This document shows, piece by piece, positions 24,975 through 39,318 of a stretch of DNA of 64,000 nt. How positions within the stretch are numbered: the stretch's first letter is position 1; each line of letters begins with the position of its first letter. The notes under the pieces were generated by a model. That model was not told where the DNA came from, made no database searches, and saw only the letters and a program-made list of their open reading frames with translations. A program made the position numbers and the translations under genes. This DNA is from Callorhinchus milii (taxonomy: Eukaryota), in NCBI RefSeq assembly GCF_018977255.1, contig NW_024704743.1, positions 39,248,001-39,312,000 on the forward strand, read 5' to 3'.

Positions 24975-25198
24975 ATCTTTTGTTATCTATCCTCTCAAGA
25001 CCATTCAGAAACTTTCGAAACCTTAACTAAATCTCCTCTTAACCTTCTGTGTTTCTGTAGAAACAGACTCAATGTTTGTGCCTTTCTTCATGAATATAAC
25101 CTCTCCTTCCAGGTATAGTCTCTGTCAACCTATGTTGCACTCCTTCCGTGTCCTGATATGCTTTCTGCACTGAAGCATTAAAAGTCTCACGCAATTCA
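24975..25198 (-). mobile_element. Old CR1 fragment
   Basis: Minus strand resembles RRLRGDL…FKIL.GLER of CR1 ORF2 (TAAATCTCCTCTTAACCTTCT). Confidence 0.65.
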
Positions 25199-27136
25199 AT
25201 ATTCATTTATGTAGCACCTTTCATGGCTGAAGGACATACTCAAAGCACTTGTACTCTAACTGTACTCTAATTGCAGCCTAACAAATTGAACATCACTTCC
25301 TCTTTTATATTCAATGTCCTTTTTAAATAAAAGTCTTCTCGCTTGCCACTTGAACTTTCAAATGAATGCAGACCTGAACAGATGGAACAGGTCTGCATAT
25401 ATTCGAATATCCCACTCGCTGAGAGTGAGAGTGATAACTGAACTGTACATATTTTCTTCATCTACTCTGCTTCTTCCAAACAATTCGTATTTCAGCCAAA
25501 ACAATGCAGACTTTGGATGCATCTGTGATGCTCCACTTCCCCTGAAAAAAAACATTGCTATTGTACTAGACAGCACATCTCCAGGGCCAGTGAATCCATG
25601 TGTGAGACATGGCCTTACTTAGGAGCTCTGACTATAAATGAAAGTAAACACTGTCTTACCCAACCACTACAAATCATTTTCTTCACTGAACACCAACCGG
25701 ACCTCAAACACATTCTCTTGAATGTTGCCACATATCTGGCAGTTTGCAGGAGGGCTTCACAGAGACACTATTTACAAGTGGCTTCAAAGGATGGCAAGAG
25801 ACGTGCGTCTTCAGATTGGACAATTACTCCACAAGGTCGGATCATGTACTTCCAATACCTGCAGATAGATTTGATTTTGCATAGCCAAACTTCTATTACC
25901 TCCACATTTGACAATGCCTCCAGGACCCAGTCACGTTTCTCAAAATCTAATACAAACCAACTCCATAACAATTCCATTTATAGTGCGCCTTTCACGTCGG
26001 GAGGACGTCCCAAGGCGCTGACCATGTATGACACACAACATCACTATTCTCAGAGCGATTGACCGAGGCTGGACCCAATAACTTCAGTTACAGCAGATTG
26101 AGAGAGCTCTGAGTTCTCCGTGTACGTATCTCACCTGACACAAACTGCATTCAAGTTAGTGCTGGGTTCTGGCGTCAGTAAAGCCAAAAGTATACATGCC
26201 TGCAAAATTCATGTCATACCATGACTACAGTCCTTCTGGGAAGAAGTCCTGGAGGCCAAGTAGTCTTTAATTAGCCTCAATTTGAGGCCAACCCCACAGT
26301 TATTCAACAAGGAACTTTTGTCTTTTGCTTAGTTCTCATTCCTTATAGTGAGAAAGTGCATGTGATAGATGCTGTAAAACCTCAAATCCCTCTCAAGAAA
26401 CATGGACTGTTGGCATATCTGCCCATCAGATGATAAACAGAGCGCAGCTTAAGATGCGCCTTAAAATGTAGGCTCATCCCAACAGAGTCCCTCCATCCCT
26501 GGTTGCCTCCTCCTCCTTGCGGTAGTCCTTTTCTCCATGTTCCCACAGCTATAAAGAACAAGACTAATCAAGGCTGGAACACTCATTATCTTCTAAAATG
26601 CCCACAGCTTGGTCATTAGCACAGTAAAATTATATTTGGATAACACCTTTCACGTCGAGATCCCGTGTTCAATGAAAGAAGCATCAAAGTGCGATTGATG
26701 ACAAGCATTCAGTCCAGGTCAATTAATGGAGGTATAAGAATAGTTTTGTGTTCTGGAGACTTGCTATATTACCTAATGTGGTAAGGCAGACACCTTGTAG
26801 AACTTTTCCTCAGAAGTATTGGAATGGAATTCTTAGCAGGGTGGATTGCACATGGAGTGGAGCTTCTGGGATTGAATAGCCTTTCCTTTTTCATGCTTTC
26901 ATCTGGAACCTTCCCTATTCATATATGTAAGGAAGTATCGAGCCTTCAAGCAGAATGTGTTGCTTATTCACCCATCTGGTTTAAGCATATTCTGTTGCAG
27001 GTAGTAATAGAGAGGAAAGTGTTTGAGGGCTTCCACGGGTGGTCTTTGTGGAGGCAGCTGCTGCGGTTACCTGAAAGACCACCTCTGAATACTGTACAAA
27101 AAGTCTGATTCCCAGAGGAATACAAAAGTGCTATGG

Positions 27137-27340
27137 GTGAGAAATTCTACCTGGGTCTAGATTTACACTATTTAGGTAGCATTTCAGGATCCAGAATTTG
27201 GCAAATTATTGAATTCAGTCTTCATTTTGAAGCCAGTTTTCTCTAGTACTTAAAAAAAGTTCCAGAAAACTGGCTTCAAAATTATGGCTGTATTTAAAGA
27301 TTTCTGATCACCCTGAAATGCAACATAAATAGTGCAGTAA
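27137..27340. mobile_element. Palindromic MITE-like element
   Basis: Perfect 19-bp inverted arms at 27224-27242 and 27264-27282, plus near-perfect outer arms at 27166-27188 and 27312-27334. Confidence 0.7.
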
Positions 27341-27689
27341 ATTTATTGAATATGCTCCATAGGGAGATGGTGGAAGCAGAAAATGTTTTTTTCAAGAACA
27401 ATTAGTTAGATTTCTGCTGAAAAATAATATCTCGGGACACAGTACATAGTTTGGGACACAAAATATCAAGCGATTGGCAGGATGATGGAAGGGGAACCAG
27501 ATGGACCTTGGTCTTCTTTCGCCTGTCTCCCGCCCTGTCCTGTGACAGGATAGGATGGGAGGCTACAGTTTGGCCCTTCAATAGACCAGAAGCCTCTGCA
27601 ATCATCTGAGCATGTGCGCCCAAGCTCCACCGAGTACCCGCACCAGACACAACTCTCCCTTGTGACCCGGGAGGACCCATGCCTAACTG

Positions 27690-29235
27690 ATCACTCTGGA
27701 TAACTCATCACTGAGCCCTTTCCCTTGGAGTGATGTTCATGATGTCTCTTGACACCATAAACCTCCCCCTGTCAATGGTACTGTTCCCACCCCATTAAAA
27801 ACCGCCATTATCACTCTTATCCTTAAAAACCCTCTCTGGACCCATCCCTGGACTCCCAAACTACCACCCCTTCTCCAACCTCCCTTTCCTCTCCAAGGTC
27901 CTGGAATTAGTTGTTGCTTCCCAGCTTCGCTCCTTCCTCTCCCGCCACTCTCTTCACAAACCCCTCCAATCAGGTTTCCGTGTCACCCACAGCACAGAAA
28001 CAGGCCTGGTAAAAGTAACAAATGATGTTCTATCCATCTGCAACCAGGGCTCCCTCTGGCTCCTCATCCTCTATGACCTTTCAGCTGCCTTGGACACCGT
28101 CGACCACTCTATCCTCATCCAACGCCTCTCTTCTCACCTCAACTTTCACGGCTCTATCCTTGAATGGTTCAGATCATAACTTTCACACTGACTCCACTTC
28201 ATCTCCACAAACGGTTTCTCCTCTAGCACACCATCTCGTGCGGCATTCCTCAGGGATTTTCTCTTCAATATTTACATGCTCCCTCTTGGTGACATCATCC
28301 ACAGACATGGGGTCAACTTCCACATGCATACGGATGACACCCAACTGTGCCTCTCTGTCTCCACCCTTGACTCCAGGACCACTGCTGCGCTCACAGAATG
28401 TCTGTTGGACATCAAGTCCTGGATGACAGCTAATTTTCTTCAGTTGAACGTCAACAAGACCGAGGCTCTCCTGATGGCTCCCGTCAGCACCTCCACACCT
28501 CAGGCACTGACAGAATCACCATCCATGGTTGCATACTCTACCTTGCTAAGTCAGTCCGGAACCTTGGGGTCTTGTTTGCCCCTCAACTATCCTTTCTACC
28601 CCACATCTGTGCCATGACCCGTTCTGCCTTCCCCCACCTCCGCAATATTGCCCGGCTCTGCCACTGTCTCACACCGCAGGCCGCCAAAACCCTCATACAT
28701 GCTTTCATTACATCGAGGCTGACTATGCAAACTCATTGCGTGTTGGCCTTCCCATCTCCTCCCTTCATAGGCTGCAGATCATCCAGAACTCTGCAGCCTG
28801 TGTCCTCTCCCGCACTAGACTCCGTGACCCTATCACCTCCATCCTCGCCTGTCTCCACTGGCTTCCCATCACACAGAGGATACAGTTCAAGATCCTGGTC
28901 CTCACCTTCAAAGCCCTTCACAGTCTTGCTCCTCCCTACCTCTGCAACCTCCTAACCCCCTACCATCCTGCTCGCTCCTTCTGCTCAGTGGGCTCCTGCC
29001 TGCTTCACTTCCCCTGCCTCACTCCTCCCACTATTGGCAGGCTGGCCTTCTGCCACTCTGCCCCAACCCTCTGGAACTCCATTCCGCAGTCCCTCTGCCT
29101 TGACCCCTCCCTTGTCTCCTTCAAGACCCATATCAAGACCCTCCTCTTCGACTGTGCTTCCATTTCCCTGCTTCACCCCCTGCCCTCCACTCACCTGACC
29201 CCCAGCTCGGGTCCGAAACTATTGTTGCTGCTGTT
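27690..29235 (+). mobile_element. L2 RT domain to 3' end (~1.5 kb, frameshifted)
   Basis: Encodes LKTAIITLILK…SNLPFLSKVLE…QSGFR.HSTET…DLSAALDTVDH…FHMHTDDTQL…QNSAACVL. Confidence 0.93.
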
Positions 29236-29349
29236 ATTATCGGGAGTTTAGTTGAAAGTAACCCCAGTGAAACTAGTTCAGACATTCTTCTGTCTTCTAA
29301 ATAACCTTATTGATTAATTTATAAAAGAATCAATATGGTTGATTCATCG

Positions 29350-29912
29350 TCAGTTCCGCCACTGCCTCACCCCGCAGTCCACCGAGACCCTCAACCATGC
29401 AATCATCACATCCAGGCTCGACTATGCTAACTTCGTGCTCATTGGCCTTCCCAACACTTCCTTCCGCAAACTGCAGATTATTCAGAACTCTGCAGCTGGT
29501 GTGCTCTCCCGCACTATTCTCCATGACCCTATCATCTCCACCCTCACCCGGCTTCGCTGGCTCTCCATCCCCTAGATGATAGAGCTCAAAATCCTTATCC
29601 TCACTTTGAAAGCCCTCCGCAGCCTTGTTCCTTGATATCTCTGTGACTTGCTAACCCCATGCCTGTCTGTGCCCTCTGCTCAGTGGACTCTGACCTGCTC
29701 CAAATCCCCTGCCCTGCTCCCCCCCACACGCCATCAGCGGTCGGACCTTCAGTCTTTCTGCCCCCACCATTTGGAATTCCATCCCACAGTCCCCTTGCCT
29801 CACCCCCTCCATTCCCTCCTTCAAGCCTGTCTCAAGACCTTCCTCTTCCACCACACCTTCAGTCACCTTCCTGATGTGAAAGGCACTATATGAATGTCAT
29901 TTTTGTTGTTAT
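29350..29912 (+). mobile_element. L2 3' fragment
   Basis: Encodes SRLDYAN…IIQNSAAGVLSRT, followed by the tail. Confidence 0.88.
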
Positions 29913-30262
29913 AAAATAAAGATGCTTATTAATTTTACTTACATGCTTTCCTCAGTAACTCTGAAAATGCTTCCTTAGAGTTGACATAAATACAATAAAA
30001 ACAACAATAAACAGATTCTGTAATTCCTCTAGCACTGCAAAGATTTCCCAATAACAGAGATAGTATTCTGTTCACAAAATACGCAACCACTACACTTCAC
30101 AATATATCCTAAAATTTGAGATGTCCTCCCGACATGATAGGCGCTGAATCAAATATAAGAATTATTACTTTTATTCTTATTTTAAAGATTGACCGAGAAC
30201 AATATATTCATGCATTCCAAATTTAAATTTATAGCAGAGAAAATGTTCGCTTTAAATTTATC

Positions 30263-30595
30263 CTGTGGAGTCCGATTCCCGGCAAGATGAAATGTTGGGC
30301 AAGTTTCCTCACTCGACACCCTCTGTTTACCTAGCAGTAAGTAGGAACTTGATTGGTAGTTGATTGGCAAATTGCTTTTCTGGGGGTAATAATTCCTTCA
30401 AAACAAAATAATAATAAATTGGTCAATTCAATCCATGACTGTTTGTGGGACACTCCTGTGCTTAATTGGCTGCCGTGTTTTGCCAACAAAATATACAGTC
30501 AATTCACTTTACAGTATAATCTGTGCAGCGCTTTGAGGTGTCTTGAAGACGTGATAAGGCGCTATATCAAATGCAAGGACTTTGCTATTATTAGT
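30263..30595 (+). mobile_element. tRNA-Ala-family SINE, long subfamily, head internally deleted
   Basis: TGGAGTCC joined directly to GATTCCCGGCA…TTGGGCAAGTTTCC; full body and tail. Confidence 0.85.
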
Positions 30596-31652
30596 AGTAC
30601 TTTTTAACAATCAAAATGTCAGATCATGTTTCAGTACATAATTTATTTAATCTATTGTCCTACAGAAATATAAGCATGAAATGTATGACATTTTGCAATG
30701 CGTTCTTTGTAAAAATTATCAATTTTTTTAAATAGAATAATAGGCCTTTGAGCAGAGGGGCTTTGAGCTTTTGTTTGAAGTACAGGTTTCAAAGTCTCAA
30801 GCTAGCAAAATCTGAGCAATTTGCAAAGCTATCTGTCTTTTAACTTAGCTGCTACTGCTGTTTTGAGTGGATATCAAAGGGAAACCGCAACAGAGATTAA
30901 AAGGAATGTATACAGCAATAAAACTTTTCTGAGCTTGCCAGCCAGCAGTGACAGCATGATAATTAACTCCTGTACATTTCGTGGCTGCCTCTGTCACACA
31001 ATGCTTTTTTCAACTAGAGAATGTTTTATTTGACTTTGTATATGTTAACAAATGCGAGTTAAACCGACAAAAGAAAATAGGCTAAAACTGTGCTTGCTGA
31101 TCACTACAAATGTTGCGGACTCCAAAAACATGGTTCAAGTAAAACCCACCTTATTGTGAAGGTTTCAAAGTATGAAGAAACAACTGATATTTCGGCTGCT
31201 TTCAAGTTGCCCTAACGTTTTATGGGGGTTCCAAGGTGAACTTGAGGCAGCAGAAACACATGATATTTAACAAGACAAGAATGTTTGCCTGCCTCTAGCT
31301 TTTCTGCTTCTGTCCTGGTTGCAGCTGAGTTGCCTTTCACACGGCACCCTGTGTTCATGCCAACTTTTTTCTGACCTATAAAAGGAAGCAAAAATATTTT
31401 TTAACAAATGTAAGTAGCAACATATTGGTAAATGGATACATGGGTAGATATGTGCAGAGAAGATTTTTTTCCCTTACTTTTTAAACTTCTATTTCTGTAG
31501 ATAATTAGGAGCCAGATTCAGCTTAGATCCTATTAAATCTGCTTTGACCAGGACTTCAAATGCTCTGGCCATTTCATTTTTGTTTTCTGGTCAACCTTGT
31601 TTGCAGGTGCGAACAGAGTTTTCAAGAAGCCTTCAACAATTGCTTATACATG

Positions 31653-31960
31653 TGCAAGTTTCCTTACTCCACACGTCTCTGTTTACCTAGCAGTAATTAG
31701 GATCCTGGTTGTTGGTTGATTAGCAGATCGCTTTTCCGGGGATAATAATCCCTTCAAAAAAGTAAACACAAAATAATAATAATTTGCTCACTCAATCCAT
31801 AATTGTTTGTGGTACATTGCTGTGCACAGTTGGCTGCCATGTTTTGCCCACAAAATATATAGTGAATTCACTTTACAGTATATTCTGTGAAGCATTTTGA
31901 GACGGGTCGAATATGTAATAAGCCGCTATATTAAATCCAAGAATTACTATTATTATTATT
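31653..31960 (+). mobile_element. tRNA-Ala-family SINE, long subfamily, 5'-truncated
   Basis: GCAAGTTTCCTTACTCCACACGTCTCTGTTTACCTAGCAGTAA through to the (TAT)n tail. Confidence 0.85.
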
Positions 31961-33613
31961 ACTTATGAAACAAGCACCTTTGTTGGTGGGTTCAGAGCTC
32001 AGGATTCCAACACTACCACTTCAGATACTGACTGAAAACGAATCATCAGTGATTATCATACTCCATTCACATTTGCCCTGTAAGGATTTGAAGATAAATG
32101 TTGAATAGACTTGTGATTTTGAAGTGTCCAGAATTGGGCTAGTTTGTGCTAGTAGCCTGAATACTGTACTTAGATTGGGGCATTTGAAGCATAAATGATA
32201 ACTCCATTATATTGTTTGCAATTGTTTTTGTCATTTCTGCCTATGAAAACTTTTCTGCTTACAAAGAAGGCAAACATCTGATAAAATTAAAGCCACAAAT
32301 GCCTTATTAAGTACCCCTCCTCCCTTGTAGATGAGACGATGTCCATGGTCTTGCTCTCAAGTAACCAGACATTCTGCAAATATCACAAATAATTTGGCAA
32401 AACGAAAATTCGAATTGATGCTTCCCATTCCCTCTTGCAAATAGTTTGTGAATTAGTTCCCCTCTGTTAGTTTGGAGGCTGGGTAGATAGTCTACTGTTT
32501 AATCTCATCTATCACCCCTGACCTCACTATAAACTAGAAACAAACCAGCTTATTTATTGCTTTGGGCACTTGGAATCTCTTAGTGCAGTTCGCAGTAGTA
32601 AATATTTAGCAGTTAAAAATGCAATGGTCCGTGTTTATTATACTTTCTCCAGCTATCAACAGTTCTCAGCATAAGATAAGGGAAGTCAGGTCAGGCTTGT
32701 TTGAACATTAAGTCTGCTGGTGATTTGTGAACTTCAGTTTCCTATAAAATAAAGAGCAAAAATGAACCACCCATTGAATTATTTTGTGTGAAAAAAATCT
32801 TCGGGATCGATTTATCTTTTGCAAGGAATGGTGAGACTGGACCAGGTCAATTTGCTGGAGGCTGGGCCAATTCTTTTCAGATATAGTAATTGAGGGCAGG
32901 TCACATCTGAGTCCCGGCACTCAAGGGTTGCAACTTCTCTGCTGATTGGAAGGACATGAATGAGTCCTTGTAGTGGTCTTAAAGTCTTAGAGACTTAAAT
33001 CCTTAAAAAGAAATGATCTTTCTTTGCTATGGCTACTGAATAATTTGACAAACTTCAAAACCACTACTTACACAGTCTCTTTTGCATATAGAAGTAGTAT
33101 TATCACAGGAGGAATTGAACTTATGTGGAGGCGTTTTGTGGGTATTTTATTTATGTTTGAAAGTCCAGGGCATTGGCCAAGCCCTATCATTAAATCTCAG
33201 TTAAGAACAGTTATTCCAATTGAGGATCCCATTCTGAGTTATAACACAAGACTGGATACCTAGTCAATTATTCTTTTCAGTAACAAAAGATGTTTAAAAG
33301 AGTAATATAAAAAAGTGCTTTGGGATGTTCTTCTGATGTGAAAGGTGGTATATAAATGTAAAAATGTATTGTGTTTAGATATTTGGATAGTAGTTGTGTT
33401 AACGGTATTGCTAAAGGGCAGGATATTTGATTTAAAAGATCTACCAAAATCTAATAAACTGGTTGGACCAGCTCGATGGGCTGAATGGTCTCCTCGTGTT
33501 CCTGTTTCTCTATACTTTTATCCAGGGTTCAGCTCAGACAATAACTTCCGAAAGTTGCAATAGTTCATGAGAGCAAAGTAGCATCTCAAACAATACCAAA
33601 AACTGGAATCTAA

Positions 33614-33872
33614 TGGAGTCCTGTAGCTCAGTGGTTAGAGCACTCACTTTGCAAGTGAGAGACCTGGGTTCAATTCCAGGCAGGGTGAAACCTTGGGCAA
33701 GTTTCCTTACTCCACACGCCTAATAATAATCCCTCAAAAAAACAATAATAAATTGGTCATTTCAATCCACGACTGTCTGTGGGACACTGCTGTGTGCAAT
33801 TGTCTGCCACACTTTGAGATGTGTAGAAGATGTGAAAAGCGCTATATCAAATGCAAGGATTATTATTATTAT
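33614..33872 (+). mobile_element. tRNA-Ala-headed SINE, short subfamily
   Basis: Intact head, CTCCACACGCC|TAATAATAATCCC junction and a further 3' deletion. Confidence 0.88.
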
Positions 33873-35189
33873 CTAATAGCAATAATGGATTTCTAGCTAC
33901 ATTTCATTTAGACATAGGGATATGACCTCTGGAACCAGACACGTAGATTGTTCAGATAACACCTAGAACAACAGGTTTGTGTCCAGTTAGCTGACCTGGC
34001 CACTAAAGAGTGGAAAATTTAGTTACATAGGATTTCCCTCCGCTAACTGAAATAAATCAACAATAAATTGTTTATCAATATAAACAAATTGTTTATCTAT
34101 TTTATACCACTAATATGGAAAGATGAACCAAATTTAAAAAAATTAATATTATATAGTTCATGCTGTTACATTTGATGCTTGCATTATTTTAACATGAGTA
34201 ACTGAACCTACATATGACGAGCCTCATAAGTTGACTGGAACAATATTACCACAGCTGTATTGTGTTAAGTTTGAAGACCTGACATAGTACAAGTATTAAA
34301 TTAATTTAAAATATCACTAAAATGATAAAAGATGCAAAACATACTTTAGTATTTAACCAATTCCAAGTTACAACTCACCACATAATAAAACGTCAACAAA
34401 ACATACCCAAATATGTTGAGATCTCAAGATTGCTTTTCAAAAGAACAAGTTTGTTTGGCCAATTACCCTATTCCTATGAATTAAATTTTCCTGAAGAGAT
34501 TCCCTAATGTGATGGTTGCTTTACTGCAGTTATTAAGTTACTATGGCCGGAACTGAATGGTAATTGGAAAATAAGAACTAAAATGAGGATATTGTATTTT
34601 TTTCTCAGTGTTTAAGATCAGCTCTTCTGAACATTCTAAGAATGGAGATGTCCAGAGGGAGCTCAGTCTGTCTTGACAGCCTAAAGCTGTGCTCTAGCAA
34701 CAGAGTACATTAGTTCTGTTTTGTTCAGTGACTTAGTATGATAGGAGTCTAAGTAGTATATTCTGTGAAGCGCTTTGAGACATCTCAATGATGTGATAAG
34801 GCGCTATATCAAATGCAAGGATTATTACTATTATTATTATTATAGCACCTAAATGTGTTTATGATACACCCAGAATGTATTGGACACTTGTACTGACTGC
34901 TTTTTACAGCATTAATTTGTTCACAGAATTGATGGGTTTTGATCTGAATACAGAGGTTTATATTTGATTTTCAGGGTTTTTAGTCAGGACCTTTATTAAA
35001 TTTTGATCAGTTTAATATTTTTCACAGTTCTCATGGAGTTCTGACTATTTTCTGTTCACATTTTTTTTGTGGTATTTTTGGTGCTCGTCACACTGAGCAT
35101 TTTTAAATTCCTTTTTTTGAGTCCTTTGCTTCCCCAAAGCACTAGCTATTGCCAAGGTATCTTTTTCATGTTGGCTTCTGTTGCCTTCT

Positions 35190-35520
35190 GCTGCTGCACT
35201 AAGTAACCAGTCTTCAAGTGTCAGTCTTGGAAGTGAGTATCATTAGGTGATCAACAAGAGGGCACATTACAGCCAAGATCAATCCCTCTCCTTTGACATC
35301 CATACATACTTTATAATAGAAATTATTGGATAGCATTCGAGGGTGGGAACCCTGATTGCTTTGTCTATTCCCTTGCAGGATGTTATTGTCAATTATACAG
35401 CCCAGCCCACCAACCCAACTGAGATCAGCTAACTCAGAACGTCTGGTAATGAAATACAGAACTTAACAGCTTTGAGGTACAATCTACATCAGATGGTGTC
35501 TTTACCCACTGGGCAATCAA
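35190..35520 (-). mobile_element. Old SINE of a third family
   Basis: Minus strand reads GCCCAGTGGGTAAAG…CTGAGTTAGCTGATCTCAG…CAGGGTTCCC…GCTATCCA and is related to 4303-4530. Confidence 0.55.
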
Positions 35521-36319
35521 GCAACTGGTCCTCTGCTTTATATAAAACATATTGCTTTCTTTGCTTTTCCTTTCCTTTTGATTTATATTTGTTTTAAAAC
35601 ACTAAGCTTTTTACAGATCTTTTTTTCTCAGTCTTTTCCTCTTTGTACATTTCCCCTCCACATGGATATATATAATAAATAAAAACAGTTAGGGCCGTCA
35701 GCTGTCCCTCACACTGAAGATTCATTTGCAATTACTCACAACCAGAAGTCACATTAGCACTCTGTATTCTGTTTGCAAACATTGCATCCCATAACAAAAG
35801 AGTCGATGGGAGTGTGGACAACCTTTTTGACTTAAAAAGAGAACACAAAGGTAATTCCTTTATGAACAAATTGATAGCATAGTGGGAATTGCTTGATCTG
35901 TGGTGTGCTGATCAATAGAGAGAAACACTTTGCTTTTTGAGCACACTGAAAAGGCAACTTTTACAATTAGAAAAAAAATCACAACATAACCCGAGCTCTA
36001 TCAAACACATTCAATTTATATCCTGTGTCAAATTCTCTTTGTTTGCTGCTTACAGTTATTTTTAACTGTACATGGCAGCATATTGTCAGAACACCTGAGC
36101 TAATAATGTTGGGTGCTCAAATTAATTGTAAAGAGCTTTTGCTTTTGTTGTAATATTGTAGAGCCAATGAAACCAGACTAATGTACACTGTAAGCAACAA
36201 AAAAGCATTCAGCTAATGGCATTTCAAGAACACACAGAATGCACAGGCAGAAATCTTATAGATCAGAAACAAAGAAGGTCTTATTTAAATCATCCTGTTT
36301 ATATTTATTTATGCTTCAC

Positions 36320-36527
36320 AGGCCTGATATTCCATCTGATATTTGCATGGGAGACCATTTTGCCTTTAAGATTCACTCTTAATCTGGAGGCTGTTTTTCG
36401 GCAGCTCTTAAAAAGAACCAGCTTCAGATTAAGACTTGAATTTTAGACTTTTTGTATAATTCTGCACCATTTTAAATTTTGAGACAAGATAGTCTTACAG
36501 GGTAAGATCAGGTGGAATTTTGAGCTC
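36320..36527. mobile_element. Palindromic MITE-like element
   Basis: Termini GGCCTGATATTCCATCTGAT and ATCAGGTGGAATTTTGAGCT are imperfect inverted repeats; the core is shared with the 4551 and 50396 copies. Confidence 0.65.
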
Positions 36528-36944
36528 TATGTTTCATTGTAAAAAAATCCATTATATTGTGTATCATTGTTACCATGATGGAAAGCAGAATATTATTGAT
36601 AGTTCTATCTGACTAAGGAACAAGTGTTCATATGCCATTCGGTTGCGGATGTCTTCTATCCAATTTTACACTCAATAAACTAATTGTGTGGAAAGCTCAT
36701 GAGGAAAGCAATAAACTGTGGTTAGATTACAGTCTCTGATGAGAATACAAAACTATGCAGTTGATTTGAAAGAGTATGTGTGCATGAGAAAGAATGGATG
36801 CGGGTTGGTTAATTTCATGTTGAAGAGCACATATACCACATAGTGAATGTATCAGATACCAAGTGCACTGTACAGCTCTGCCAATACAGCCTGTGCATGG
36901 TTGTCTCTGGGCACTCTGTCATATCAATCACTTCAACTGAATGT

Positions 36945-37815
36945 TAGCATGGGGTTAACTTCTGCATGTATGCGGATGACATCCAACTCTATTTCTTTGC
37001 CTTAACCCTCGACTCCAGGACCACTGCTGTCAGACCATTTCCTGGATGAGAGCCAGTTTTCTTCAGTTGAATGTCAACAAAACCAAACCCTCAAGCTTGG
37101 CTCCCACAGGCACCTCCTCACTTCAGGCGTTGACAGCAGGACCAACCATAGATGCACTCTCCCTTTCACTGAGCCAGTAGAGAACCTGGTGTCTTGTTAG
37201 AGCCTCAATGCTTTTAAACCCTACATCCATGCAATGACCCCTTTGGCCTTCCCCCACCTCCACAACATTGCCTACGTCTGACACTACTTCTGCCCTCAGG
37301 CTGCCGAGATCTTCATCCACGCTTTCATTGCATCCAGGCTTGACTGTGCTGAACTCCGCTCACTGGATTTCCGAACTCTTCCCTTCAAAGCTGCAGGTTA
37401 TTTAGAAAGCTGCAGCTCGTGTCCTGTCTCACCCTATACTCTGGGACGCAATCACCTTCATCCTTGCCTGACTTCACTGGCTCCCCATCCACCCGAGGAT
37501 CGAGTACAAGATCCACGTATCACTTTTAACGCCCTCCATGGTATTGCTCCTCTTTACCTCTGCAACCTACTAAAATATTATCAATCTGTCTGCTCTCTCT
37601 GCGTGGCAGACACCGGCCTGCTCCATGTCCCCCATCCGGCCCTCTCACCATCAGTGGTTGGGTCTTCAGCCTCTCTATGCCACTCTTTGGAATGCCTCTC
37701 CTTTGCCTGCTTCAAGGCCCATCTCAAGACCTTCCTTTTGACCATGCCTTCGGTCATCCTCCACCTCCACCTCCCTTGCTCTCCACCCCTCTTGATTCCA
37801 GCTTGGGTGTAAGCC
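36945..37815 (+). mobile_element. L2 fragment (YADD to 3' end)
   Basis: Encodes HGVNFCMYADDIQLY…FLQLNVNKT…FKAHLKTFL. Confidence 0.88.
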
Positions 37816-38089
37816 CTTCATGTCCTGCACATTGGTAGAGCCAAACAACAGTGCTATTTTGGCGGTCCCAGTCTGACGTTATGTTGAGTAATTTATGTTA
37901 AAACAAGCCTATTTGTCCCATTTGTGTAGTTAGCATTCAGTAAACATTTGCCAGTTAATATTTTAGTGTTAAGTGTGGCGTTACTGGGGTAAAATATATT
38001 GAAAGCAACAAGAACAATCAGTGTCTCCCCACTTGCGGTTCTGAAATCTTTAAACTTCCCTGCCTATCCCTCAGACTTGCCAAATCTGT

Positions 38090-38585
38090 ATGCAACATTG
38101 GCATCAGGTTCAATCCCCAGCTCCACCATAAACAAGGTTAAAATGATGCACCGTACCAGGCTCCACACCCCCATCACCCCGGTTCTTGTCAGGTTCCATT
38201 GACTCCCTGTTGCATAACAGATCGGTTTCAAAATTCTAATTATCACTTTCAAATCTCTTTACACTCTGACACCTCCCTACATCTCTGATCTGCTCACACC
38301 CCACTCCACAACCGCCGCCTTCGCTACATCTTCTGCACACCCCTCGTCCCCTCTGCTCTACCATTGTGCTTTCAGCCACTATGACCCGAATCTCTGAAAC
38401 TCCTTGCCTCAATCCTTCTGTCTTGCTCTCTCTTTGCCCTTCTTCAAATTACACCTGTTTGACTGTACCTTCAGTCACCTTCCTCTCTTTCCACCTTGGC
38501 ATCAAACCACACCGCTGTTGAACGCTTTGAGAAGTTACTCATATAAAGGATGGTATATAAATTCAAGTTGTTGATGCTGTTGTTG
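38090..38585 (+). mobile_element. L2 3' fragment
   Basis: Encodes RTRLHTPITPVL…FKILIITFK; tail ATATAAATTCAAG(TTG)n. Confidence 0.8.
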
Positions 38586-38659
38586 TAATGAACCTAATAA
38601 GGTGGTGTGGATGGTACCCTTGTGGAAGAAGGTCACATTCATTCCAGAACATGGACAGT

Positions 38660-39318
38660 GATAACAACAAAATTACATTTCTAAAGTGCCTTTCACATAG
38701 GGAGGACATCCCAAGTCGCTGAAAAGTCTGGGATCAGGACCCAAGTGTTGGGGGGGTAGGGTTGGGATGAGGAGGGAAAAGAGGTAGGAGGGCAAAGAGG
38801 TAGGAGGGCAAAGAGGGAGGAGTGCTCCTGAAGGCATGGATGAAAGGAGGGTCTTGAGTCATGCCTTAAAGGAAGCAAGGCAGGGAGTGAGGCAAGGGGT
38901 TTGTGGGATGGAATTCCAAAGAGTGGGGGCAGAGAGGCTGAAAGACCGGCCGCCGATGGTAGGGCAGATCGGGCGGGAGACATGGAGCAGGCCAGAGCCT
39001 GCTGACCGGAGGGAGTGGACAGGTTGATAGGAGGTCAGCAAGTCAGAGATGTAGGAGGGGGCAAGGCCTTGGAAGTGAGAACGAGGATTTTGAATTCTAT
39101 CCTCTGAGGGATGGGGAGCCAGTGGAGCCGGGCGAGGGTGGGGGTGAACTATTGTGGGCGAGGACACAAGCTACAAAGTTCTGGATGATCTGCATCTTGT
39201 GGAGGGAAGAGTTGGCGAGGCCAACAAGGAGGGAGTTTCCGTAGTCGAGCCTAATATGTGTATGAGGGTATTGGCGGCCTGAGGGGTGAGGCAGTGGCGG
39301 AGTCGAGCAATGTCGGAC
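38660..39318 (-). mobile_element. L2 3' fragment
   Basis: Encodes RLDYGNSLLVGL…APSYISDLL…LWNSIPQ, followed by the tail. Confidence 0.9.

Noticed and set aside
25314..26062. Overlapping 102-aa and 154-aa ORFs
   Set aside because: No recognisable domain, and the longer ORF reads through an L2 tail. Possibly a decayed DNA transposon, but I could not support that.
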